DNA of 63,796 bases, the filler included, from Collodictyon triciliatum (taxonomy: Eukaryota): NCBI GenBank assembly GCA_043381765.1. It is 5 parts of 5 records of this genome, joined end to end, with 100 filler letters (N's around TTAATTAATTAA, not from the genome) between each part and the next. Parts side by side here need not be neighbours in the genome. Positions count along the whole stretch, not along the records: positions 1 to 27,586 come from JBHJMP010000168.1; 4 more parts are not named here. One strand, written 5' to 3'. Both the position numbers and the translations under genes were made by a program. The first letter of the stretch is position 1. Every line of letters begins with the position of its first letter. Below, in pieces: positions 12,150-24,872 of this stretch. The notes below the pieces were generated by a model. It was given only the letters and a program-made list of their open reading frames with translations. It was not told the DNA's origin and did not search any database.

Positions 12150-14256
12150 CTGAAACTGTTCCTTTCAATGCTTTTCTTATTCGAATATTTGTTTTGATAA
12201 AACTATTCTTTAAATTATTCTTGTTTGATACCACCATAAATACTTTTCTTGACCGGGTTTACTTCCCTTGGTTTTTATGTAAATCCAGTAAGTTTAAGTC
12301 AGTTTGAATTACTCATAATTTTTTATTATTATTTATGCACATATAAATTTTTACATATTTTTTTGTTTGTTTTCGCTTCAGTAGCTAACAAGTATGTGAG
12401 CGGATGGAAGAGCCACATGTGGAGTCGCATCACTCACAGATGTGCTAGTGATGTGAATAAATAGAGACCTTACAAACAGAATAAGGACAATGTCATGCCA
12501 AATTCCTTAACATTCTCTACTGCAACAACAGGTAGAAATATCGCCTATGCTTACACGCTCTGAAGCTTTATGAACACGTTTGCTAAAAATCTTTCAATAC
12601 ATAGATATAACAACAACTTAATATTTTACAAAAAATATTACATTAATAGTTGAAAAACACTGCCGGTGCCTTACACGCTCAAAGAAAGTAGTAAAGTTGA
12701 AAAGGCCACGAAACGCCTGCATCTTGAAGAAATTACAATAACATATATTTCATAAGAAAAAAATAATAAAATTATCATATGGAGAGCAAGTGACACACGC
12801 GCAAGAGTTGAATACTGTCCATACAGGTTATGGAAATTATGATTTCTTACATATAATTTAATAATTAAAAATAGCAAAATCTTCCAGGAACACATAATAT
12901 GCAAACAAAATCAACATACATTACAATATTTTTGCATGGGATGAAATATATGCCTTCCACTCAGGAAACACAGAACAGTGTACTGTAAATAATATACTTT
13001 TAATAATTTTATATCCTTCATTCAATTCAAGGAAAAAGTTTTTTGCATTTTTTTACAGTTCGCCGTTATTGTTGCACCTTGGTTGAACGCAATCAACACG
13101 TCGGATTCGAGTCAAGGTCAGCTTGGTGCGGGAGCTGGATTCTTGGTTCATCACTATGCATCCGAAAGTGTTGAGAAATATTACAACTCTAAACGGCTGC
13201 AACTAACAGGAGCCCTGACCTGGATTCGACTCAAGGTCAATCTCCCCTGAAGGCGAATGAACGCAAATTATATTACTTGGTGTTAAAATAAATATAAGGG
13301 CATATTTAGCATCTCATTGGATAATGCATCGTGCATTCGAGGTCAGCAGTACAGAGTAAGAGTTGAACATCGAAAAGGCATCTGTGCGATTGCTAAGGCC
13401 ATGTTATCATGAGAACACAACGCTGAGGGGTAAAATTATCATCACTTACTATTCATTTATGAGATATTAGATTTTCTGGATTGTTTTGATTAATAGTTCA
13501 TATCCCAGACATAAAAGCCAACTGGCCAAGATAAGATTTTTGCGCACGAAGAAAAAATGGATGAAAAGCCCCCGGCAAGGATTATGACATCTATGGATTT
13601 TTATTTTTACATGGCGTAATTTCTTGTAAATATCAGTGCAAATCTAAACCTTTCGAATAAGTAGAATGAGAATATAAAAAAGGCGACAGAGGCCGAAATC
13701 AACGCATACTTCAGCAAAAGTGTTTGGCATATGTGCCACGTAATACAACAGTTTTGCAGTTCCACCGGGTCAAAAACCATTTTGCTTTGGCTGTATCATG
13801 TCAGCCGTCAGCAATTCAAATGAAAGTCTGGCGTTTGGATGCGCAGTGTGTACCGAGCTAATTCAAATGAATGGAAAAAGGCAGTGAGTATCTTATATAA
13901 TGCGATTGATTCGCATTTACGGGATATAAAATCAGGTAAAGACACCGGTGGTAAGGTCACAAGAAGGTTCATATGTTGTCCGATGCAAGGAAAGAAGCAT
14001 TCAGAATCATGCCAAAAAATAAGTGGCTCGTCTGCGTTGAGAAAGGGCGATATCTTTACGGGGCATGGCAAAATGCATACCGAATTAAATGATGACAACC
14101 GTGCTTCTGTGGAAGTTTATATGAATTGATTATTCAAATTATGTTTTGCTAGCTAATGCATATTTAATGCACAATTAATGAATAACATATTAATAACCTA
14201 TAATTTTATCCACTGTTTATGATTATATGTTGTTATCATATGAAAATTTATTATAT

Positions 14257-14329
<73 letters not shown>

Positions 14330-16940
14330 ATTCCAGGTACTCAAATTTGGAGCTGTACCAAAAGAATATGCAATCAAATGAGGGTTCATGTTGAACTGTT
14401 TTTTGACCATTTTGCCCTGAACCTGCATTAAAAAGTGCCCATTGTGAAAAAAGTGACTGTATACGCCACAAAATAGGCAAATCATCTAATCAACAATTAT
14501 ATTGTGCCAATTTAATTATCTGCCTTAAAAAATACAAGAGCTTTATTGTTCATAATGCCAGTCGGCGGGATGCATAATTTTGTTGAGGTAAAATCAACCA
14601 GGTATGTATATCATAATTCTTTTTTTCAAACAGGATATGCGTGACTCTTTTTTTACATATGAAAAACAATTCATGAATAACAAACATTTAGATCCACACG
14701 AACTGCAAATAAACAACAAATAAGCCAAATATTCAAAGAAAGTTTAGTTATGCAAGTACAATTATTTAATGAAAGGCTAAAAATCTAGAGGTAGAAGTCT
14801 ATTTTGTAAATGTCACCGACGTTCAATAAACAAATATCATTAAAATTGTATTTTATCATTTGCATGTCATATGTTTTATGATTTGATATGTACATAATTG
14901 GTTAATATTAAATCATATAATTCAACATCTGGAATCATTCAAGCACTGTGCCTTTGACCCACTCGAAAAGCTAAAAGACGAGCTAGTTTGTGACATGCAC
15001 TTAACTTACATCGCCGATAAAGCTCTATGCACGCTCATGAAATAGTCTGAAAAATAGGATTCGCAGTTTCAAACAGGAACGTAATTCACTTGGTTAGGGA
15101 AATATATGTATTTATCTTTCACTCAAAAAAATAACACATCATTGAAATATCTGCGCTTCAGATTATCTCCAGTGTGCTACGATATATCATGAATGAATAA
15201 ATAAGACAATACGAATGAATCATTGTCTTTGAATTAAATGCCACTGAATTTGCCTTAAAACATAACACGATTCTTACGAAAAATTCTCTAGTCTCGCATA
15301 AATCAAAAAAAGCACAGAAGTCACTCTACATCAATATTCTATTACATATCTGCATTTTCTACATATAACGCAGCAAATCCTAAAGCTATTTATGGTTTTT
15401 CAAGACTTAAGCTCAAATTTTAGTGCCCATGAATCGTATGTGCTCATCCACAGAACAAAAAATATTAATAACACACATGAAGACCAGCAGATGGATTACA
15501 TACAGTTTGCAATAGCCTCAACTACACATGTATCTGTATTAATCTGCAAATAAAATGTCTTATTTTCGTACACAGACCGAAAGTAATTGCTGTGTCTGAT
15601 AAAAGACCCATTGCGTTTGCATGCTATAAAGACCATCAAACGAAGCTTTCCGCTGACTGTTGGAAACTTTTCACAATTATCGGACGTAAAAGGATTTCAG
15701 ATGAAAAAAACCACACGCTCTCGGTTACTTTTGATAGCCAAGGAAGTTTTGATTTGATAGAGTCTGGTAACCAAATAATGCAAAAGCTTTGCAAAAAAAG
15801 GTTCAGTTTATTTACACCATGAAAGGCAAAGACAAAATCAGCGACTCCATATACTTGCTTGTTGATTTTGTGTGTCAATAAAGAGAATGGGCTCCTGGTT
15901 CGATGCGCTGATTACGAGTTTATCGGCATATTCTAAAAGTACGACATTTATGAAGGCGTCATCAGACTGTAACATCCAACAAGATTCGAAGCCTGGAGGC
16001 ATATATTCCGAGCCTCATATGGTATTATGATTTTTGTGAAAACAAAAGTGAGATAATACTTCCTTAAGTTTCAAAATGCAGTTCAACACAAGATTATCCT
16101 GGAAGGTTGTCATGGGTGCCTGCTTCGGAAATAACAGCATATTATTATATTATGCATCACAAATTCTTGGCACATATATGTTGCTTCTTTCATCTCTTAT
16201 TTAAAACACTTATTTGTTGTATTAAAATTGAAAATATTGAAAATAAAAGGTATAACACAGCTCCGCAACAAGTCCTTTATGTTAAGAGTAAAATATGAAT
16301 TCTTTGATTATTTATCAACGTGGGCTGTGAAAATGTGTGCCGTTGAGGACAACGCTTTTTATTCTGGCGGTTTAAATAATTTTTTGCTTCATTACACCAG
16401 TTTATTGAAAGGAAACATAGCTGAAAAAATACCCTCCTTTCAAGTTACATAATGACAGTCCAATAAATATTTATTTGGTAGATAATCACAAAATGAATAC
16501 TGTTACAAAAACAAATATATTTATAGTTAAATTTATTTTTATCCACACTTTTTTACATGCATAACAGCACAACATAAAATAGAAGATAGATCCAATTTTT
16601 ATATATCTTTTCATTTTATCACCAATTAAACCCCGTTCCTTGTTATATCTCACATCGTACATCGGCTACTAAATAAAAACCCAAAACTCACTATCTCACA
16701 CATCTGTATGGAAGAGTAAAAATTATGTTGTGCATCTTATCAAGTTTTTATTATTCGGCAATATGAATTTTTCGCGCTATTTATTTTATATGTGTACTCA
16801 GAGCCGCATTGTGCGTAATAATGCCATACAATGACGGCTAAGTCTTGAATAAATGGAAACATAATCATGGCTAAGACCATTTGTAGGCGTTTTAATCATT
16901 ATATTTATTGCTCCGGATGCTGCACTTTTGCATTTATAAA
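12150..16940. pseudogene. Degenerate coding-like region, likely a decayed mobile element or pseudogene; family not identified
   Basis: Several broken + strand reading frames (about 13059-13250, 13839-14129, 14337-14600, 15592-16050) with internal stops and splice-like boundaries. No intact gene or recognisable domain. Confidence 0.35.
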
Positions 16941-16944
16941 CTGA

Positions 16945-16976
16945 CTAGAATTAATACCCATGCTTCGCAACGGGCG
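16945..16976 (-). mobile_element. Helitron-like 3' terminus (hairpin plus CTAG|T)
   Basis: Minus strand reads CGCCCGTTGCGAAGCATGGGTATTAATTCTAG|T: a GC-rich imperfect hairpin 8 nt before a terminal CTAG followed by T. Confidence 0.6.
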
Positions 16977-17166
16977 TTTAAAATCCCATTTAAGATAAAT
17001 AAAATGTAAAACACTGTCCCTACATTACACAAATCAACATGAAATTCTACATATCACATATTTTGTGAAAACAGAAGCTTTTATTTTTTGAAAACATTTT
17101 AATTTTATTGTATATTTTATCTTATTTTTTTGTTTGTTGTTGGATGTATCCATTCACATTAACATC

Positions 17167-17198
<32 letters not shown>

Positions 17199-17366
17199 CA
17201 TTATCATTATCANNNNNNNNNNNNNNNNNNNNNNNNNNNNNNNNNNNNNNNNNNNNNNNNNNNNNNNNNNNNNTATCATTATCATTATCATTATCATTAT
17301 CATTATCATTATCATCATCATTATCATCATCATTATCATCATCATTATCATTATTATGATTTTCAG

Positions 17367-19069
17367 GAAATCGAAGCCTTAGTTCATTTAAGCCATCACC
17401 AGACTGATATATTCACAAGCACTCATAGCATACTCCCTGATAACCCTTTTAACTCACACAAAATAATTTATCAAGGCTTAAAACCAGCTGCGAGATACAG
17501 CCACGGATGTGATGTGGTTGGCACGAAGATTTTTATCACACACGGCTATTTTTTCGACCATGCTGCTTCCGCTGCAAGATATCTTGATGACACATGGGTC
17601 TTTGACATACTCATCAGGAGATGGGTGCAAATGAGGGTGCCAAAAGAAAGCAAGGGCTCAAGCTCCCCATCCCCGAGGTAGATTGCTACGCATCTATTCT
17701 TTATTTGCAGTATATCATTTATTTATTATTTTAAAAGTAATCTCCTTTTCTTTTATGGCTCACAATTTCAGTAAATGTGCTCATGGTTTTGCATATTTCG
17801 TTCTTTGTTTTGTTTTTAAAATACGATTTTTGGTCGGCAAGTACATATTTAATACTAAAATAATGAATACGAAATCATAGATACGGAGCAACTTTGACAT
17901 GCTTAGACCACACCGTGTGCATTCTCATCGGTGGTGATGATGGTGGCATTGGGAAAAAGGGAGGCTCTTATGTCTGGGGAAGCTATTTTCGAGAGGTCTG
18001 GTTCGGCGTGATCAGAAGCAGAGAGATAAAATGGATTGCAGGTCAGATAAACGAAAACAGCGGATTTCTTCCTATCACCGCGCACTCCTCAACTAAAATC
18101 GGGCAAGTCATATATGTATTTGGAGGATTGGTATCGAGTGACCCAACAGAAAACAACCTGTCTCCAAGAAATATCCACAGAAATGTGAGCTCATCGTCAC
18201 TCATGTACGAGTTGCGATTTCTGCGCGGAGGATTAACAAAGAATGCACAAAGAAACTCCAGCGACTGGACAGTTGTGTGTAAAGTACTTCATTCAGGCTT
18301 TAGTCCGCCTGCACGTTATGCACACGTCGCTGGCAGTTGGGACAACCGATATATATTTATATTTGGGGGGACAGGAAAGGACGTCACACAGTTGCAAGAT
18401 TTATGGAAGTTTGATATCACCAGAACCGCATGGACACCCATATTTTGTGATGAGTCAACCAACTCGGTGGCAGAACACACATTTCTTTCCTCTGCGATGA
18501 CATTTCCACCATCGAGCCTTTACCCCTCGCCGCGTCAGTTCAGTGCATCAGCAGTTCTCCCATCAGGCCATTGGCTCATCCACGGCGGGTGTGTCTGTAC
18601 ACCAGCATGTTCTTGCTTCGACGACATCTGGTCCATGGACTTTGTAACCGGCTCCTGGACTCTTTTACTGTTGAGCGATGCGCATCAAAAACCTCTGTCA
18701 AAGAGCGAAAAGGGACTTTCGTATTTGCCTGCCTTGTACCGACATTCCTTGGTATCCTTGGACGGAAGAGCAGTCCCCAGCTGGATTCAAACAAGGGCCA
18801 AAGAAGTCCATGCGAACAAGTCTTTTCTGCTCTCGTTTGGAGGAGAGTCATACATTCCTTACATGTACCACAACGATGTTTGGATGCTCTCTATCCTTGA
18901 CACTGAGTTTGACGTGCAAATCACCTATACATTTGAGCATCTGCAATCACTCTCAGTAAATGCATATTGGGGTGGGTTTATTTCACTCTTAATTGTGCTC
19001 TTTGTGGGTAGCAGACTTCTGCAGCTGAAGCGGAGTCGAGACAAGCATAATCATCATCACAGCGTCTAG
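17367..19069 (+). CDS. Kelch-repeat protein with C-terminal transmembrane helix; first exon not located
   Basis: Exon 17367-17677 (PAARYSHGCDVVGTKIFITHG...LDDTWVFD) joins exon 17881-19069. The latter has repeated PARYAH..IFIFGG..DLWKFD, PRQFS..LIHGG..DDIW and LLSFGG..NDVW units, a hydrophobic GGFISLLIVLFVG segment and an HNHHHSV* tail. Confidence 0.85.
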
Positions 19070-21720
19070 CTACTTAGGAAGGATGGATAGTGAATCAAAA
19101 TAAATTGATGATAAAATAGGCTGGTTATCAAAAGCATGAGTTTTGTTTCTCCTCAAAGAATGACATATACCAATTGGAATGGCAAACACAAACCTTCCGA
19201 GGCGATACTTGATTAGATACTGGGGATAGGCTTGTTCCATCCTGTAGACCACCAGTTCATTCATGGGACCGAGATGTGTGACAACGACACTATGCCATGG
19301 TTTGGGCAGGATTTGGATGGGCTTCGGAATTCCCTGGTGCAACAAATGGAAGATTAAAATAACAAACAAACCCCTGAAAAAAATCTGTTTGGTGAGCTGT
19401 CATATACATTTATTTCATTAGAATGATAGCGATGATAAACACTCTCTTTGTTTGGAGGTGGATGTAATCAGGATGCCTTGACTACCTGGTACTGCGAAGT
19501 CCTCGTGTCCAGCATATTGCCCAAAGAAACAAGACAGAGAAACATGCTTTGATGTCCACCATAGCCAGATGACTTTTGTGCGGTTTCTGCAAAGTAAATG
19601 CCTGGGTGTAGAGGAGGACATATTGAAAAATATTCAGGACGCAAATTTTCTTAATGACAATGAGAAAACGTGTTGTTCTTGTGATGAGAGCCGAACAATA
19701 TCACTCGAAAGGATTCAAATTCAATAATTATCATTAAGCAGCGAATAACTACAGCGACAAAATTAAATAAGAAAAAAGAAGATAACCCCCTGAAGAAACG
19801 TTGAATATAAATAAAAACTACCTTGTCCAAATCTTCCTTTTAAAGATGAATGTCTTTCATCCAATCCCTCATTAGCAACGTTGGAAGGTGATCGACTATG
19901 CAAAAGTAATGTTTATGTAATCCGAGTTTTGTCTCAATTAATATCGTAATATTTTTTCCTTCATTCAATTGACAAATGCTATTATCATGAAAATTGCATC
20001 CACTCAATACCTTGCATGGAATAATTGACGTTCATTTGCATTCCCATGATTTTCTATCTTCACAGATTCATCCCTATGAATTACATACCTGCACGACATA
20101 CATTCAATAGTGTACATTAATAGCAAATACGAACGATTACGATTCTGAGAACATTTCAATTCCCTTTATTTTAATATATTAACTCATTTAATAAATTGGT
20201 GACATTATACTGGATATCGGAAATTTGCGAGTCGATATGAATGAAAACTAAAACCTCTTCCAAAGTCTCTCATTTTGAACCCTTTCGATAGAGGAGACAA
20301 CCGCTGAACACCCTAATGAATCTAAGAATTTCTTCTCGATTCTTCGATACTCTTCCCCGTTAGTCAATAATCTCACAAGACCACTGTGATGGGAAGTTTA
20401 AAAACATAAGATCATTAACGCATTCAAAAAATTAGATAATTCCCTTTAGAAAACACATTTCCAATCACTGAAGATACAACCATTTACCTGTTTCCTTCCC
20501 AAGATTCTGGCCTCATGACACTATCCATTTTCCTTCTTTCAAACTCTAATTCTATTTGTCTTCTTATTTCAACTTTAGATGTGCTGACTTCATGCTATAA
20601 ATATTTGATAGCTTAGCAATATTTATACTAAAAGGATTTGATCGTGTTGAGAATTAAATGTCGTATATTAAGCTCAAGGAGAAACGTCAATTAGAAATAT
20701 TTTTGTTGCTTAATATTATGAAAAAAAGGTCTTACGGCTTGCTGTAGAATTTTTTCCTGCTCCATATATAGTCCTATTGCGTGTTTACTAGCCTGTTCTT
20801 CCCATAGCCTAAGGATAATCCGCTTAGTTTGAGATAAAAGTTAATAAAATGAAACTGATGCTACTTACAATCTTTCTCTCTCAATTTCTTCGCAACGACT
20901 TCGATACTCCTGTAGTAGAAAGGAAATAGACCATGTCGTTTAGTAATTATAATATGTATTCTCCATAATAATATACTCTGCATTCAATATTTCTTTTTTT
21001 TTTTTTAAAAAAAAAAACCTCTATTTGAATCCTCTGGGCTTGGTTTTCATCTTCCAGAGCTTGAATCTTTGTTTTTAAATCAGACAGCGTATGCTATATA
21101 TTTAAAAATCTAAATGATTATACACAACGCCCTCCTTAAAACACACTAGAAGTGAATGTTACATAAAATTTGATGATATCATTTTTCTATTCATTTGTTA
21201 ATATTTCTCAATTAGCCAACTGCAATCCCTTGAATAGAAGAAAGGGAAAAATCAAACGACTACAAATCCACCCATTTTAATACAAGTTACCATGAGCTCA
21301 GCATTTTCATTTTTTCTGTTCTCTAATAATGCCTCTAATTCACTCACTCTCATAACTTGATTCACGATGCTTTCCTCCTATGAATTAGATAAAGAAAAAA
21401 TGAAAACCTAACTCTTTTCCGAGCCAGAATTTCAAGTAAAGTAGATACACTATATCCCTCACGAGAACGCTTCTTTCTACTGCTTTCCTCTGCCTGTTGA
21501 TAGGTCCTGTCAGTTTCGTTCGGTAGAGATCGTGGTGCGTGGTCGCCATCAATAACTACCTTTTATTTCCATGATTAGCAAACATATTACTGAATGCAAT
21601 ACAAAGATCATTGATAAATTGATAAATCTTGTCTCAACGATATCTTTTGTTTAGGGATTATACTACTGGATAAGAACTCCCTAAATGGAGGCCAAAAGAA
21701 CCATTGCGTCGATCTCCCAT
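19070..21720 (-). CDS. PARP/ARTD protein with tankyrase-like catalytic domain and coiled-coil N-terminus, multi-exon
   Basis: Spliced exons read IERVQNERLWKRYVIHRDESVKIENHGNANERQLFHAS / GLDERHSSLKGRFGQG / IYFAETAQKSSGY...MFLCLVSLG / NELVVYRMEQAYPQYLIKY, giving the H-Y-E triad. Start codon position is approximate. Confidence 0.85.
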
Positions 21721-22843
21721 AATGATAGTAATTCCTTCACAGGGTTATCGTGGTAGCAGCTACTAATTCAGTGATGACCATCCGGGTCAGTTAGGTTGGG
21801 TCAAGCATAGACTTATAGTTAAGCGCATAGAAAAAGAAACTAACTAGCAATCAATTATTGCCAGAGAAGAGGATAACGGCAGAGGGCAGGAAAAGAAAGA
21901 AACGATGAAAAAGAAAGGAAACTATGCGTCCAAGAATCTGGACAAAGTAGAATTCCAGAGCTGCGAGTCAATAAAAATATTTTGTACGCGATTCATTCTT
22001 GTTACATAGCAATCATATGAAGAAAGTGGCCTGCTTCTTCATGAGTGGGTATGTTAGTTTTTCTTGAATATCATGCGCGCAGTGACTACTCAACCGGAGA
22101 AGGTGCGGACGGCAAATGAGTCGAGAGATGTGGGTCTCTTTGTCATAAAAAAAAAATCCTTACAAGACGAGCCGATGGCACTGTGATTATAAAAGACTGG
22201 AAACAGTTAAAAAGGATCTGTCTTAAATGTTCGGGGACAATATGTATCTTTTCATTTGCTTCATCCGATTTGAAGAGAGACAAAATGTACCAGACATATA
22301 TGTGACATTTTTAATAATTATTACATTTTTATATTGCTATATAAATCATTTTGCCAGTATATTGATTATTATTGGTAGCTTACTATAATTCCCAGAAGTA
22401 ATTTTCGGCGACTTTTCTGCGGTTTCTTTCAGAGGGCGAAAAGTCTCCTTTTAATTTCCCTTCACAATCCTCGTACGCGGCGCTGTGTTTTTTTTTTTTC
22501 CTTTATTCGATTCAAATACGCGGCGCTGTGTTTAACATTCATAACAAGAGCAAACAATTAAGCTGGAACAAAGGTTACAGGAAATGAAAAATATTTAGTA
22601 TTTTTTTTGTTATTAACCAACATTAAGTTAATATTAAGTGCAAGTGAGGCCAAGTCTCTGTTACTATTATAATTTTATTTTCAAAAGAAAATCAAAATCA
22701 TCAAAACTTGTTGGCTTTACCAAAGTCCTTTCTGAAGCGACGGACGATAATCAAACTTCTTTTAGGCGCGAAGCTTTAACAGGTCTTTTTCTCTATACCT
22801 TTTTTTTTTTTAAAAAAAAAAGACACAAGTCATCTGTCGAGCC

Positions 22844-24146
22844 ATGGATGTCTTTGACTTTGTCTATGGTAAGCAAATATTGCAAAAAACGAGCCCCTAT
22901 CAGGAAGATGCAGATGATTTAGTTGTCTGACTTTGTCAAAGAGTATGTATGTGGTTATTATTCAAAATTACTGAGTATTACGATGGCACTCAGATTCCCA
23001 AGAAGAAATCAAGCGAGCAAAAATGTTATCAAAGTCGTGGAGGAAAAGAACACCAAGTAACATTACTTCAACGTGAAAAATAATTATAATCGTAAGGCAG
23101 GGCGAGCTAAGCCCATTCCTCGATTTCTACAACACATTTATAGGTTGTATCACAAATGCTCAGAAAGAGGCTATGTATCCAATAAACGAAATGTTCCTTT
23201 AGGGTTTCATCGCATGTTCTAATTTGTATAAATAATTATGAATGGATATTCTACTCGCAATAGAAAAAATACCACCGCCACCAATTATCCAGTCCCCTGT
23301 AAAGTTGATTATAAAGCCTCGCGCACAACCCTCCAAAAAGACCCCGACTAAGCCAGCAGCCAGGGTCGAGAGAAACCGCCGAGTGAAACCGGAGAAAAAT
23401 GTCGCCTGCCTCTCCACAAAATCGTTGCGGTCCATAGAGACACGCCCAGGAAATGTTTCTGAAAGCGAGGCACCAAAGACTCCGCTTCGTGAAAGTTCCA
23501 CTCCGGATTTCAGTTCCCCATCTAGTATAAACTATCGTGACACCAGTCAACACGAGTCAGAGGTAAGTGCATGTCAACTTACAACATTTATGAATATACT
23601 TATATGTGTAACTTCTCCAGCAAAAAAAGCTCTGCTCCTTATTTTCTGTGACGGCTATCTTGAATACTCTTATGTTTTCTTCTTTCTACCTTGAACTATT
23701 CCATTTACATCGAAAAAAAATGGACTCCTTCGAACATTATCGTTTCAATCAACGCATGTAGATTCCACCTCCCGAGTTGGATTTTGCGTCGGTCAACGCG
23801 AAAGAAAAGCAAGTATGTGGAAGTAGTGGGTATAACATTGATTATCTAGAGACAGATAACGCCGAGCAGCCGTCCAAAGTTGCTTCAGACGAAGAAAGGA
23901 TTGAAGACTCTTCCAAAAGGTAATTATTGGATATTTATGACTGCTGCGATATCAGATGTGTAGAGTGTGAGTTGTGGATTATCCATTAATTTGTTCTTTT
24001 AAAAAAAGGAGGGGCATTCTCATCGTAAATATCAATCGTGCTTTCGAATCAATTTTCAATCAACTCACAGATTCTTGCGGAGCAACTATGAAGGAGGGGC
24101 TGAGCTTCTCATGGATGATATGTTTGATGAAAACAGATGGATTTGA
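22844..24146 (+). CDS. Hypothetical Pro/Ser-rich, probably disordered protein, 5 exons
   Basis: Phase-compatible GT-AG chain: MDVFDFVY / DSQEEIKRAKMLSKSWRKRTP / KKIPPPPIIQSPVK...ESE / IPPPELDF...DSSKR / FLRSNYEGGAELLMDDMFDENRWI*. Confidence 0.7.
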
Positions 24147-24404
24147 AGGCAAAACAAAAATAATCTCGATTTTGCTTTTGTTTTCATCGGTGTCAATAAA
24201 TTCATGGCAAAATGAAAGAAAAAACAGGAAAGAAAAAACAGGAAAGAAAAATACTACACCCAGATGATACCACTATCGAAGCATACAGATTGATGCACAC
24301 TCTTTTCTAACAATCGAATCATTAAAAAAAAAAAAAGTAAACTGACAAGCATAGAGGTGAAAATTTTGACATATATGACATTTCTCTGTTCTTCAAAGTA
24401 TATT

Positions 24405-24872
24405 TATTCCGGTGACTGCCTTGAGAACTAAATCACACGGGGCGGAGATACGAATCCATCTGTTTCATAGTTTTTTTATTTTAAAAAAATTATGCAATTT
24501 TTTCAACAAAGAAAAAAAGAAAAAGAAAAAGAAAAGAAAAAGAAAAAGAAAAAGATGAATAAAAGATAAAAAAGAAAAAAGAAAAAAGAAAAAGATGAAT
24601 AAAAACAAAAAGAAAAAAGAAAAAAGAAAAAAGAAAAAAGAAAAAGAAAAAAGAAAAAAGAAAAAAGAAAAAAAGAAAAAAAGAAAAAAAGAAAAAGAAA
24701 AAAGAAAAAATTAAATGATAAATAAAAAATAAAAGGAAAAGGGAAAAAAAGGAGGAAAAAAAGACACACAAAGCTCCACAGCCCACTGGCGGCATTCGAC
24801 GCAGTGTTTGAGACTACAGCAATTCCTGTTCTCTTCTCCCTCTCTTCGTGAATCAGTCTGATTTCTTCAGGA
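24405..24872 (-). CDS. 3' fragment of a gene, possibly a GRIP/GRAB-type golgin C-terminus; remainder probably in the N gap
   Basis: Exon PEEIRLIHEEREKRTGIAVVSNTASNAASGLWSF follows a TAG acceptor, then a T-rich intron and a plausible last exon FSRQSPE*. The family call is weak. Confidence 0.35.

Noticed and set aside
12502-12520. U12-type branch point TTCCTTAAC followed by an AC end
   Set aside because: No upstream ATATCCTT donor or flanking exons are visible. The ATATCCTT copies at about 380 and 13011 have no matching partner.
21770-21800. GTGATGA box C-like motif (snoRNA candidate)
   Set aside because: No suitably placed CTGA box D or terminal stem.
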